64,000 bases of DNA. It comes from Tubulanus polymorphus. Lineage: Eukaryota > Animalia > Nemertea. The position numbers and the translations under genes were made by a program. Shown piece by piece: positions 1 through 12,452 of the stretch; position 1 is the stretch's first letter; every line of letters starts with the position of its first letter. The DNA lies in NCBI RefSeq assembly GCF_964204645.1, contig NC_134028.1:26098345-26162344 (forward strand). Reading direction: 5' to 3'. The notes under the pieces were generated by a model. It made no database searches and was not told the origin of the DNA. It saw nothing but the letters and a program-made list of their open reading frames with translations.

Positions 1-1243
1 ATTCAGGTTTATCAATACATTAAACCCTCAGTTCTCTTACAAAACATTTCACGATTTTACTTTCTGAATTTAGCTTATTTATTTCCGATTTTCCGTTTTA
101 GACTTTGTCTTTGCTTCGATAAATATAACCTGGAATATATTCATATATTTCTAAGTCTATTGCCTCCGAAGTTCTTCTATAGATATGAACCAAAATGTGC
201 CAGCAATCTATCCGTTTATTAAGCCGTTCTGCTGCAATACACGCACCCAATTAAACAAAAATAAAACCCGATACTGTTTCAAGCTTGAAGCTTAAAATGA
301 TTATAACTTAAGGCATTTAATCCTAAATAAGGCATAGAAAGCATATCGGTTTATATACCTGCATTTACAGCCGCCTCGTATATGACAAACACTGATTTTG
401 AAGCTCGATGTAAATGATTTCATGATATCGACATAAGTTATTTTTCTTTGATCCAATGTAATACATAAAATATTATGCTTATATTATGAGTTTCTACAGA
501 ATCTTGGAGGTGACAACAGAGGAGCTTCGAGGCTGTAATCTATGGGAAATAGACCTCTGGGTCCCGAGAACAACAAAAACAAAACAACTGCACGATGACA
601 AAGAACAAATGAGTGAAGTAGATTTAAAGTGAAAAGAAGAAAACTGTAGCACGAGACAAAATTATACTAATTTTGCTAAATTATAAAAATTTCACATTCC
701 GGTTAATTTACTGCATATTCGCGTTCAATGATTTTAACAAACATTTTTTTCATTCGTTTTCTCTTCAAAAGGACTGAAATAGAATTCAAACATCTTTGAA
801 GTTTTCACTTTCTTGTTCATAAAAGGGCGATGGCATTTTCACGCCTTTCAATATAATCCTTTCAAACACAGTTGCTGGTACATTTTGGTCGTACGTACGA
901 GTTTCGATGCATTGTGCGATAGTACATATACATATATACAGAATTCACAGTTTACGCCAGTAAAGAGAAATCTTGATTTTATTAATCAATATGTGTTCAA
1001 ATCAAATGGGTTTCTTGTCGGCCGTGTATATAGGCTAAAGTAGAGAAACCCACGTGATGTAGTAGGAATCCTGCTAACTAATTTGCATGCCACCAGGAGA
1101 TCATATGAATAGTATTAACTAATGAGATGAGAATATGAACACGCATCAAGATTTTGATTTTCTTATTCGAATTTACCCGTTGATCTCTTCCTGTTTTTTT
1201 CTTCAAATTCGCAATTTACCGCATTCTCGAACACACGTAAAGG

Positions 1244-1478
1244 CATCTTCCTTCGGCAGGGATTCGAACCTGATGGTATCGCGAGACTCTGCCACAAAAC
1301 TCAGAAATCCTGCCCGAATAGATCGAGTGCGCATCAGGATCAAACAACCATCAGAAATCAAATTGAATTTCACCCCGGGACATTCTATTTATATTCATCT
1401 ATGAACAACAAATTGCTCTTTTCGGGCAAGATTCCGTACCTAGGCAAGGTTTCGCGTGGTTCGAAACCCGGTCGATTG
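1244..1478. mobile_element. tRNA-box inverted-end element (family A), degenerate copy
   Basis: Left end CATCTTCCTTCGGCAGGGATTCGAACCTGATGG; right remnant ...GGTTCGAAACCCGG; matches the copies at 7771 and 56800. Confidence 0.65.
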
Positions 1479-2285
1479 GTGACGCTTAACGGCTGCACGA
1501 AGCAATCTTAACTTCAACTTTTTGACGAATCCCTGGTTTAATAACCCATAAACAACATCTACACATTCAATATGACATGTTCCACCGGAATCGGAAATAT
1601 TTCCAAAGATACTTTTTTGAAAAATGGTACAATTTCACCTCAATCTGCTTGTGAACACTCTTGAGGGTAACTATGGTGGCGGAACTAGGACTATTTTACG
1701 TGTTTCTCATATTTTTTCATTTCGCCACTATACGGTTAAAGGATACAGTGTTTAAACCTATTGACCCAAATTCCCTTGAATTGTCTCTCTAAAATATAAA
1801 TCTATTCAGAAAACAAAGGGTTTGTTTATTTTCAATATTGCAGGACTCGCGATTCGTCACAGTAAGTTTTACATGCGCTGAAACACTGTTCTGAACTAAC
1901 AGTTTTAACCGCGTGTTTCATGTTTAACCAGCTAATTCGATAATTCTTTGATTTTTTATTTTCGTTCATCAGTTTTTGACGACGATTTGTGTTGCATTTA
2001 AAAATCAATCAAATTCGTTTATATAGCAATTAATCGTTCGACTGTGTATACGTCTGTCTGTATATAATATCATCCCTGGTATTACCAGTATTCAAGCACA
2101 CATATAGACTATCAATTATAACCGTCAGCAAAATGAATTTCCAATATCATCCACTACTATCAGTTCTTGATACTGAATTATATCCATACTTCTGGTACTT
2201 CATAATGATTTATGTAGTTCTCGTCGATTCACAATATCGAATTCTAGTTGATTAACACTTTACGATTAAGAATGGTTACAAGTTA

Positions 2286-2774
2286 GATCCAGCTCCACAG
2301 TTGTGAGTTACAGTTAACTCTGAGTTTAAATCAGTTCATTTTCATTGAGTCAAATCTAAACTGTGGAACCGGTGTCATAGAATCAGATGCCCCCCCCCCC
2401 CAACAATATATTGACTGATAAGTGCAGAGTCATAATGGGGCTTCGGACCCTAACCCTTACCTTAATCCTGAGATCTATTGTAATGGGGGCATTTCATTCT
2501 ATGACACCGGGTCCAGTACTCGGTTTCAAATAGTTGTCTGTTGAAATTTGACTTGTGTCGGACATTGGAAATGAGCTGATTTTGAATCTTAAGTCAGACT
2601 CAATCGAGAACTCTGGATCTGGAGCCAGTTGCACATTAATTGCTTAGATTTAAGACGAGTCAAAGACCATCTTAGTTCTATAGCCAGTTTTAATAACTTA
2701 AGATTTAAGAAATCATCAATGTTAGTCTTCAGATTTTAGACATCAGTCGTGACTGTACAACTTGGTCCTGGATC
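2286..2774. mobile_element. Cluster of chained/nested MITEs with GGNCC-type ends, including a TIR element at about 2369-2509
   Basis: CCGGTGTCATAGAAT...ATTCTATGACACCGG TIR pair. The flanking units share sequence with the MITE at 4166-4310 (gacttaag/cttagttctatagcc). Confidence 0.65.
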
Positions 2775-3000
2775 CTAATTCATATGAAAAAATTAGCAAC
2801 CATTTCTTCTTTTATTTTGTCACTCGAATTAAATTTTTTTCCAATCCGATGTTATTTACTACGTCGATGTCGCCGATCCTTGTAGCTCGAAAGTTGTCCG
2901 AAACTAAGATATATTTGGTACAAAAATAAACCAGCGGGTCTCGCGCATTGATCAATTCATGTCTGCGGCGAATCAGATAATACATATTTGAATTGTTTAT

Positions 3001-3120
3001 CTCCCTCTCCCTCTCCCTCTCCCTCTCCCTCTCCCTCTCCCTCTCCCTCTCCCTCTCCCTCTCCCTCTCCCTCTCCCTCTCCCTCTCCCTCTCCATCTCC
3101 CGCTCCCTCTCCATCTCCCT
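3001..3120. repeat. (CTCCCT)n hexamer microsatellite
   Basis: About 20 units, degenerate at the 3' end. Confidence 0.97.
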
Positions 3121-3838
3121 TGATGCCTTCGAGGTTTGAAATTACATCGGAATCAGAGACAGACGTCAAGGAAGAGACGTTAGACGATGAATTATAAATA
3201 TGGAAAGCAAAACAAAACACAGATGTATTTCAAGGAGAAGTCAATGATATCCGCCGGCACGTGTCGGAAAATACCTCCGTCGGAAAATCAATTCTAAGTT
3301 CATGATATTTCGAGTTCAGCTCTTCACGCGGCGGTCCGGTTTCAACCGAATTTCTAAAAGGCGTAAAGAGTCGTCCACTCGTGTAGATGCGCGTTTACAG
3401 AAAATTCGGCTAGTTAATGTTCCCAATGTCTGAGCTTGGAGTAATCCGTGTAATAGTAGCTGAACTCTGGGTGTAACCAATAAGTTACAGTTCGGTCATT
3501 GAAACCCTACTGGCGTCTGCTTATGAAACGTGTTTCCATCGTGTTATATCATCGATGATAAATCATTGACCTTCACCTATAATTATAAAGCCACTGACGA
3601 GAAATAACCCTGCTTATATCAACACTGTCCTTAATGATCGGTGTATTTAGGGGGATTACGCCGCTGCCCCCTACCGGGCCGTCTATGATTAGAAATCAAC
3701 CCGAATTAGGAAATTAATCATAACTTCAGTTACACGTTAAATGAATTGCCCGCTGAATTAGCATAATCTAAAGACACGCATAATCATCAGGATATAATTA
3801 GTAAAATTGAATTATGTAAAATATTTGACGTATTTCAG

Positions 3839-3977
3839 GGCCAGTACAAGCTCGGGCTCGGACAGCGCTCACTCGCCGACCAGAGATGCCGAGGATCGTG
3901 AATTCGCGATGGTTCGACTGGAAGATATCGAAGTCGTCGCCACCCTGGGAATCGGTGGATTCGGTCGAGTAGAACTG
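3839..3977 (+). CDS. PRKG1: PKG exon: linker and glycine-rich loop
   Basis: tatttcag| acceptor (phase 2) and |gtaaga donor; encodes [46 protein letters not shown]. Confidence 0.95.
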
Positions 3978-6900
3978 GTAAGAGAGGAAACAGAATATCA
4001 TCGATATTATCAGCGCTGATATGAAAAATTCATAAACCTCCCCCTGAGGCTCTATCTATTCATAAAGTATTTACGTCAAATTGTGCTGATTTTCAACGTC
4101 AGAAAAGAAAAATAGAAAAATGATCGAAATGTATATTTTGTGGGTCCTGTGGTAATGTATTGATTCAGGGGCCGGTTCTATAGTTGTGACTTAAGACCAA
4201 AAGTGGTCTTAAACCTCAAGACTGGTCTTAAAGTTGTTAGATTGGCTAAAGAACTAAGTTTGTCTTAGACAGGTCTTAAGTCTAACCCCTGTCTATGGAA
4301 CCGGCCCCGGGAGCCTAAACATTTAGTTTAAAGTTGATCCATAATGAATTAATTTTTGACAAAGACTGAGTGCTCGTCGCGGCGCCATCTGGCGCCATCC
4401 ATTCTAGTATCAGACATCCCCTGAATGAACTGATGAATTTCACCTGCTTGAATTATATAAACTTACCCCCCCCCCCTCGAAGTTTTGAACATTTTTAAAT
4501 GGTTGCTTCGTCAAACTCGTGTTTACATTGTTTTTCATATAAAAAGGTACACTGGTCGATGGACAAGACGAGAACGTTCGCGTTGAAATGTCTGAAAAAG
4601 AAACACATCGTCGACACTCGTCAACAAGAGCATATCTATTCAGAAAAGAAAATCATGATGGACGCGAGGTGCAATTTTATATGTAGGTGTGTATTATAAT
4701 GAGGTTATCCTGTGTGTAGCTCAAAGGTTTGATTCGTGCGCGCGCATCACGGTTTTTTGAGATATTGCCAAGCGTCGTTTTCGTCCGTTATAAGATGATG
4801 ATTTCATTCATGTTTTTTACAGGCTTTACAAAACTTTGAAAGACTCAAAATATGTATATATGTTAATGGAAGTGTGTTTAGGCGGCGAACTGTGGACAAT
4901 CCTTCGTGACAGGTAGGACTGACTTAAGACTGACGGGATTCGTGCTATTGACTAATAGCAGTAATTCTAGTGTTTGTAATTCTACTACACGTGCTGTAAT
5001 GTGAAAGTTATTTGAGTTGCTATAATACAGTTAGCGTGATTCGTGTTGATTTAGTGAACCTTCAAATGAATCTCTTTTCTCTGGATTTCGTCATCTATTC
5101 TGTCAGTTTTTCTTTCGTCTTGTAACGTGTTTAGTGTCTTCAAGACAATCTCTTACATTTTCTTACAGGGGTAGTTTTGACGATATAACGGCTCGATTCT
5201 GCGTGGCTTGCGTCATCGAAGCGTTCCAGTATCTCCACAGTCGTGGTATCATTTACAGAGATCTTAAACCCGAGAATCTCATGTTAAACAACGAGGGCTA
5301 TGTGAAATTGGTAAGAAGCATATCGAATTGAAACAAAAATCCATAACTGAAAAAACTAGTTTTAAAATTTCAATGCTATGAGTTAGCTTAATGATAAAAA
5401 CCCGCTATGTACAAATCTAAAAACTAAATTTCATCTTTTTTTATTTTTTCCTAAATTTAGGTGGATTTTGGTTTCGCTAAACGTATCGGGTCTGGTCACA
5501 AGACATGGACATTTTGCGGAACACCCGAATATGTAGCACCAGAGATTATATTGAATAAAGGCCACGACCATGCTGCTGATTACTGGTCCCTCGGTATTCT
5601 CATGTTTGAGTTGCTAACTGGCAGGTAAGCCCCGCACACAATGAATCACCGGAATGAATCTAATAACTAGAGGTCACAGATCATTCAGCTGACGTCAACT
5701 ACGTCATACTACAAGCCCAGTGCGCACGACACCAGGAAACACGGACGTGTCCGATCTCGGAAACGTATTGTTCCTAAAAAAACCATACTGCGGTTATTCG
5801 TTTCTCGTAAACGCACACAACACGGATAAGCGTGTTTCTGTCGGTTGAAACTGTTTCCTTGCGTCGTGTGCGTCTTAAATCTGACGGTGCAATCTCGGAG
5901 TAATAATTTGATTACTCATTTGAGTCAAATGATTTCCCCCAAGGCGCAATTGACCACCTTTGTTCCATATCATGTCCATTTAGTCATAAGACTATAGTCT
6001 TGTGTTTTTTGAGTGTTTTACAACCAAAATTAGCACAGACTGGTCTTTTATTTAATCATTAACTGAGCCACCGCTGAGGTTAAACCGTTGTTTTTTTCAG
6101 TCCGCCATTTTCTGGCACCGACCCGATGAAGACTTACAATATAATACTGAAGGGAATCGATGTGATAGAATTCCCGAAACGCATCAGTAGAAACGCTCAT
6201 CAACTTATCAAAAAGCTGTGCAGAGATAACCCTAGCGAGAGACTGGGTTATCAGAAAAACGGTATCGCCGACATCAAAAAGCACAAGTACGTGAAATAAG
6301 ATAATTCATTCCCATTATCATTTTTCCATTAAAACCGAAGAATGTCATTTGGATTCATTTTCAAAAACCTTTTGTAACTTGGCGATGTTTGAATATGCCT
6401 ACATTTTGAAAAATACTGAAGGTGTTGAGTTCCGAGTTACTTAGGCGTTTCACGTGACTAACTTGGGTGTCGAAGAGATGCTCATAGGTTGAGTTAACTA
6501 AACCTCAACTAAATTCTACCTTAACAGTAAACACGAAACTTAATACCCATTGAAAATGAAATCAATCAAAACGTCGTATTATCTATTAGGTTAATTTAAC
6601 GAATCACATTTACCATTTTTCATTATACTTTCATTTGAACACGACGACAAAAAAACGAAAGAAAGACAAAGTCGCGAAAGACAAAGTTAAAACAAAAATT
6701 CTGTTTCTATTTTAAGGTGGTTCCAAGGATTCGATTGGGACGGTCTACAGAAATTACGAATGATACCTCCATTCGTTCCTAAGGTACGAGACGGGAACTT
6801 TTTTTCACATTTAGAAACTACCTTATCTACCTTTTAGATTATAGAAGGAATACGAACAATCGCCCGGAAAAGTGTCATTTTTAAGCTATTGAAAGCATCA

Positions 6901-7136
6901 TACTTAGCAAATTCTATTGGAAATGAAATTATCTTTCAAAAATAGAAACGACGAAAACTATTTTTTGGCGACTCAACCGAGTTTGATATTAATGAAGATA
7001 TTTGTACCTTTTTTTTATACGTATGGTTCTGATCTTACAGGTGCGAGGACCAACTGACGTATCAAACTTCGATAATTATCCAAAAGATTCCGACATTCCC
7101 GTTGACGAAACATCAGGATGGGACGAAAACTTTTAA
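3839..7136 (+). CDS. PRKG1: cGMP-dependent protein kinase (PKG, PRKG1/foraging-like), 3' part: join(3839..3977,4547..4686,4823..4912,5169..5310,5461..5624,6101..6286,6717..6783,7041..7136); 5' regulatory exons are upstream of the window
   Basis: Eight exons with GT-AG borders and matching phases give one open frame. It contains [78 protein letters not shown] and the PKG-typical end [10 protein letters not shown]. Confidence 0.97.
4165..4310. mobile_element. MITE (family B, possibly PIF/Harbinger-like)
   Basis: TIR GGGGCCGGTTCTATAG...CTATGGAACCGGCCCC; related copies near 2622-2770, 18252-18380 and 29596-29705. Confidence 0.7.
4547..4686 (+). CDS. PRKG1: PKG exon: subdomains II-III
   Basis: Atypical aaaaag| acceptor and |gtgtgt donor; encodes [46 protein letters not shown]. 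Confidence 0.94.
4823..4912 (+). CDS. PRKG1: PKG exon: subdomains IV-V
   Basis: ttttttacag| and |gtagga; encodes [29 protein letters not shown] (not in the ORF track). Confidence 0.96.
5169..5310 (+). CDS. PRKG1: PKG exon: catalytic loop
   Basis: tcttacag| and |gtaaga; encodes [47 protein letters not shown]. Confidence 0.96.
5461..5624 (+). CDS. PRKG1: PKG exon: DFG motif and activation segment
   Basis: aaatttag| and |gtaagc; encodes [54 protein letters not shown]. Confidence 0.96.
5715..5876. mobile_element. MITE (family C)
   Basis: TIR-like GCGCACGACACCAGGAAAC...GTTTCCTTGCGTCGTGTGCG; core tttctcgtaaacgcac shared with the copies at 12277 and 45635. Confidence 0.7.
6101..6286 (+). CDS. PRKG1: PKG exon: subdomains X-XI
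   Basis: tttttttcag| and |gtacgt; encodes [61 protein letters not shown]. Confidence 0.96.
6717..6783 (+). CDS. PRKG1: PKG exon: start of AGC C-tail
   Basis: ttttaag| and |gtacga; encodes [22 protein letters not shown]. Confidence 0.95.
7041..7136 (+). CDS. PRKG1: PKG last coding exon
   Basis: tcttacag| acceptor; encodes [31 protein letters not shown] followed by stop TAA. Confidence 0.96.
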   Translation: MRGPTDVSNFDNYPKDSDIPVDETSGWDENF

Positions 7137-7770
7137 ACATTTCAGAATCGATACGAATTACTACGCGTAAATTATGCAAATTTGAATCAGCCAATAAGAA
7201 TCGAGTGTGATGTAATAAGAGATTTCTTTAGTCAACGGCCCCCGTCAAATCGATGTATATTTTCTCATAAAATGCAGTTTATTTTTAACTGAAATCTTGA
7301 CCGGTGTTTATTCGTGAAGAACGACTGTCACAGTATGCATCTAATACTTGAAGTCGATAACCAAGTTGTCTCTATGACGACTGTTCGACAAACTCCCTAT
7401 TGGTTTGATATGCATAAAATACGTTTCCTGTTACAAACCAAACCAAACTAATAGTTTGAAATATTTTAGGCAAAACGCATGTGTGCCTTAATTTTGATAA
7501 GAAATTGTTGTAAATTCTCAGAATATGGGTGTGACCTTCTTAGATTACGACGTGATGTCAAGGTCATTCTTACTACCTGACAAATAATATTTAAAAAAAA
7601 AAGAATCATCTTCTATCGTTAATTGTTATTGTATCAATAATAGATGAATGTCTCTTACGGCTCCACATCAATTCTCACTTCACTAAAACACGTATTCTTC
7701 TTAGGTTTGCTTGTTTCCGTAGTAGAATCAGGGTAACAACATACCGGGACCGGCGTTTTGTGCATTCTTC

Positions 7771-8051
7771 GATCTTCCTCGTGGCCAGGTATTTAGACCT
7801 GATGGCATCGTGAGACTGCGATGGTACCCCGGTATAGCCGTCATGTCATTATCAGCCAATCAGAAATCACTGTCTACATTTTAATTGATGAAAATTTAAA
7901 TGAATTAAAGCCCTGTTTATTTCGATCATCTACGAAATCTCCTAAGCGCGTATACAACGGTCAATCTGATTGGTGCCGGCGATTCGCAACTGTGCAATGG
8001 TGCACCGTGGCAGTGTCGCCACTAGGTTCGAATCCCGGTCGAGGAAGGATG
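7771..8051. mobile_element. tRNA-box inverted-end element (family A) in the putative PKG 3' UTR
   Basis: Ends GATCTTCCTCGTGGCCAGGTATTTAGACCTGATGGC and GCCACTAGGTTCGAATCCCGGTCGAGGAAGGATG; interior is the reverse complement of the 56800 copy. Confidence 0.7.
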
Positions 8052-9163
8052 GTATCATTATGCAGAACTTAGCAATAAACGACATTGTAGAAATAAGATA
8101 TGAAAATCATGTGTGCAAAAAGTAGTTGATATAGAGTTGGCATCACGTGATATGCGCGAAAATATGCGCAGTATGCCAGAATTGTTAAGGATTGAAGTAG
8201 TATTTTTAGTGAGACTCTGATTCACTGATAATTCGAGCCTATATTCAAGTGATATGATTGTTTTCCAGCGTTTTCTCGGATGATAATTGTTTTGTTGATT
8301 TCTTTCTATCAATTAGTGAATGAAATTACGATGTATTTAGATCGCAGCAGCCGTTACTAAAAATGAGTCTTACTCGAGCTAAAAAAATGTTCTTTTTATC
8401 AACAAGATTATGAAATACAGTAAACTCCGCTTACTCGGTAGCACTTGGATTATACAAATATCACCGAGTTGAGGAATAGATTTTTAAATTCTAGCCAAAA
8501 AACACCACCGCGTCTAGAACGGTTTCCGAGTAACGTATCTACCGTAGAATTACGTTAATTGAATAATAACTGGTCGTGTAGATGGCTTACTTACCGGTGT
8601 TCCATCCGGGACATTTCTATAACGTCCCCGGAATGTTATAAATGTAGAACTATATTTAACACGGTGCTTCATCGGTCCACCATGTAACTTTATAATGAGG
8701 AGGGATGTTCGTCTAGCTCTTATACTTAGACAACTTGAATCTATCTATCAAAGTAAATCGGGGCAATCTGAATCTGTTTTCAGAATCTGTATTTTGATAA
8801 TCTCAGTTTGTTTTAGATATCAGATGATTCGCACAGCGATGCGTGATACCTCGTGATACCTCGTTATATATATACAATCGTGATTCGCCCTACTCGCGGT
8901 GGGTTCGAATCCCTGGATTTGTGGGGATTTATTTAGATTTCGAATCATGTCGTCAGCAATTAAGGGGGATATTATTATTAAATGTAAATCTAGTATCTAG
9001 TATTAAACTATTATCAGTTGTATAGATATTGTGTTTGTAGTATAATGAATACTCGATATATATATACATATTTGAATATATATATATATATATTATATAT
9101 ATAATGATACGGATTCGCCGTTAAATTTATATATTTTGTAAGAAAGCTCTCGGTTATAAAAAA

Positions 9164-9188
9164 AATAAAAATCGTTCATGACATTAAA
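9164..9188 (+). promoter_or_regulatory. Candidate polyadenylation signals of PKG (about 2 kb 3' UTR)
   Basis: AATAAA at 9164-9169 and ATTAAA at 9183-9188, after an AU-rich stretch and before a U/C-rich tract. Earlier AATAAA sites also exist. Confidence 0.45.
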
Positions 9189-12100
9189 CACCTCTAACTT
9201 CGCTCTTATTCATTGTTCTCGCTAAATCACGGACGGTTTACTGAGTAGTTATCTCTGAAACGAATCGAATTTGGGATTTGACTTGTTCGAAGTACATGTA
9301 TCGGGGGGGGGGTATCGGGGGGGGGGGGTGTCGGGGGCTGTCTAGGATCAACTGCAGAGGATTGCACGACTTAAACCTAAATATTATAATTATCATAAAT
9401 ATTATAATCGCCTTATAATTATCGACAAGCCCAAAAAGAAGTTTAAAAAATCAATTGCTTTTTGTGCAATTTCCAAGCAAGCCTTAGGCCACGAAACTTT
9501 CACGACGGAAGCGCGTGACTCCATGCTATATATCGTCTGAATCCGCGCCCGCGTAGTTAACCTGCCCACAAGTGCAATCTTATCGAACCCCTTGATCATT
9601 AATTAAACATTTAAAAACGCTTTTTCATCGAAGTCCGATAAAGTGACATCGGGTGTAACATTATCGGTTGAATGAATAGATACATGATAATAAAATAATT
9701 TACACGTGTATCTCAGTGACAATGTCATTCCAGTTCATTTCATACCTCCGTTAAAATCCTCTTTGGAATCCGATATTTATCAGACGATTCATATTCTAGT
9801 AAAAGTCGATTCTGTATCATCAGCAATGCTCGCGTGTTCGGTCTCTCAGCGGGAGTCTCTGGTGATAAAACTCAATTCTATTTCGCAAGATCTATCGCAA
9901 TTATAGATTCGCCTCCTCGATAGACGGAGGTCTTTATCATCGCTATCATCATCGCAGACGTCGCAGGTCAATTACGTTCTACGAGAATCCGCGTACAATC
10001 GCCTGAAAAAGATTTGATAATCGTAGCGATGAAGGTTTTTCTTTCTTTGAAACGTATCGCGCGCAGAGGTCGGAGAAATTCAATTTTTCAATCTTCTATA
10101 AAGCACTCGTTTCACAATCAGACAAATCTAAAATGGTGCGTACGTTGCGGATTTAAATGAGTTTTCTTTGATCTATGAACTGATCCGTCGAACGATGGTT
10201 GTACATACATATCACAACCCGGAATATAAGACATTTGGGGGAGTTCGGAAAACTTTGATCTGTTATCACTGTAATTGAACCTCTGATATGGTCTGGCTTC
10301 ACTTTTGTAAATTACATGTAATAAGATTTGACTGAAGGAGAGTTGAAACATCAGTAAGTTCATCCTCGCTCGCCAGGGGTCCGCTATCGCTCCCGAACTC
10401 GCTGCAACCAGTCCCCTGGCCTCACGACGCACGATTTCATTACTGGCGCTTTTGCGCATGACGTCATACATCGGCTTGTCCGCTAAAACGTTGGCTGATT
10501 GGTCCATTTAACGGGAAATCCAATATAAGTGTAATGTCGTTTGTTACAAGCGCTGTGATTGGCTCGACTGGATTCTAGTCGACTGCTAACGACTCCTGCG
10601 AGTCTTGGGTTAGATTTCACTAGAAAATGTGACAAATAGAAAATGCAGTAATAATGGGTTTGTAAAATCTACAATCGTGATAATTGACAGCTGTGCAGAA
10701 AACCCGTTATCGCTGCTTTGCAGCTACGTTGAACCAAAGAACTCTTGTTGCGTTATAGTTCTATGCGCGAAGTGACGATACCGTTCAACGTGTGGTCTTC
10801 ATGAATAGATCCGTTAGTGGATGTCTATGCATAAGTAAAGGAGTGGTTCCCTTATTAGCGACGGTATTTTCTCGGTATTGTCTAGAGTCAGATTTAATCT
10901 TAACTGAGTACATGCAACATACAATTTTATGAGAAGTCAAATCAGTGATACAATAAATATATGCAGTTTGACGAGCAGGCAACCGAGGTTCTGCCGAGAC
11001 CTGGGAATCTGATTTGCACAATCACATTCGCGCAACCCATCTCATTCATCCCACGTCTCACGTCCCTCGAGTATAGTTAACCTGAAATCGTTTTGTGCGC
11101 GGTGACCACTGTCTATTGCACCTCGGGAACTACTTACGATCCTCTTGTATTAGTGCAACCTTATTCTGTAGAACCGTGTCGACGCAAAAGTGTCAAATTC
11201 CATTATCGATATAAAAAAATGCATCGGTTAGCCTGAAAAATCTAAACGTTGTAGAAACGACGGCTATTGATACCGAGCTGTAATTGATATTGATCCATTA
11301 CAGGTGGAAGCTTTTTGCTTAAACCAACCTCTGATATTATTCTTTTGTAGCCAATGACGACTGGAGATTTATTTTTTCATCTTCCCGTCGTTAATCTCTT
11401 TTTGAATACCAGTTCTTCCGACGACATCACAAAATTCACGGCAGCATTCAATTTTTCTACAGTCGATCAGTTCGTATACTATCAGATACTTCATCGAATA
11501 CGGAGAAATTCTATCTAACATTCACAGGTCGTGTGTCCTTTATAGCGAATGAACGAATACATTTTCATTTCAGTATATCAATGCATACTAGAAAATGCAA
11601 ATATATAGATAGAATAAGGTCCGTAGCGCGCGGGGATCTTAAGGAGGTTTCGACGAAACTGCCCAACATCTGAAAAAAAGTTCGCATTGGAGAAGTGAAT
11701 TTTCAGAAATCGAATCCTGGGTTTGTCCAGCTGCTGGTCCAATAGGCATACAGGTATTCGGGACTTTCATTGCGCCTCGTGGGAAACATTGAACTGAGAG
11801 TGTATAGATCTGTCGTCACAACGCAACCTGTTTACCTTCGGGCGCCGTTACAAAAAGGACCCCCGAAAAGGTCCGTATTTCAAGGATATAACTGTATAAC
11901 TGCCAATAAAAGCAATGATGTAACAGGTCTGAGAATTATACAAAACTATGAGATTTATAGACACAACGAAGGACCCGCAGTACTTCAATCGCTGTGCAAA
12001 CAATAACACTTAATGCTTCTTGATTCATGCATTCCTTTCTATTCGATGAAAATATAGTAAAATGAATTAACTTCGCGATCATAATTCTGTTATGTGTTTG

Positions 12101-12276
12101 AACCTGTCTAATGCCTGCCTTCAGTTAGCATGACGCATCAACAAATTCAGTCATACATCGATGGGAGTCTCGAATTTTGTACTAAGCGTCTTATTCAATC
12201 TATAGAACCAACAAAGATTGACTCTTTTATTCCAACAGGATTGGTTTAAAAATGGGCAAAAACGTATTCAACCTTG

Positions 12277-12452
12277 AGTCCAACCCACACACTGCAGTAA
12301 AACACGGAAATAAACATGTTCGATTTCGGATACGTTGTTCTCGAAACCGTGTTTTTCTCGTTTTTCGTAAACGCACGCGCACGACACGACAGGGAAACGT
12401 TCGAAAACATATCTCGTGTTAACGCGTTTCCCTGCGTCGTGTGCGTTGGGCG
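12277..12452. mobile_element. MITE (family C)
   Basis: CCAACCCACACACTGCAG...CCTGCGTCGTGTGCGTTGG inverted ends; homologous to the 5715 and 45635 copies. Confidence 0.7.

Noticed and set aside
491-540. tttctacag followed by NLGGDNRGASR, loosely like the PKG linker
   Set aside because: No GT donor in a compatible phase (gctgta), and a stop follows immediately.
2812-3220. Minus-strand ORFs with RE and GE dipeptide repeats, and the full SP-repeat ORF on the plus strand
   Set aside because: They are translations of the (CTCCCT)n microsatellite. Only the segment after 3133 is kept, as a hypothesis.
6048-6284. Antisense ORF over a PKG exon (likewise 3798-4001, 27118-27423 and 27514-27828)
   Set aside because: Shadow ORFs opposite genuine coding exons.
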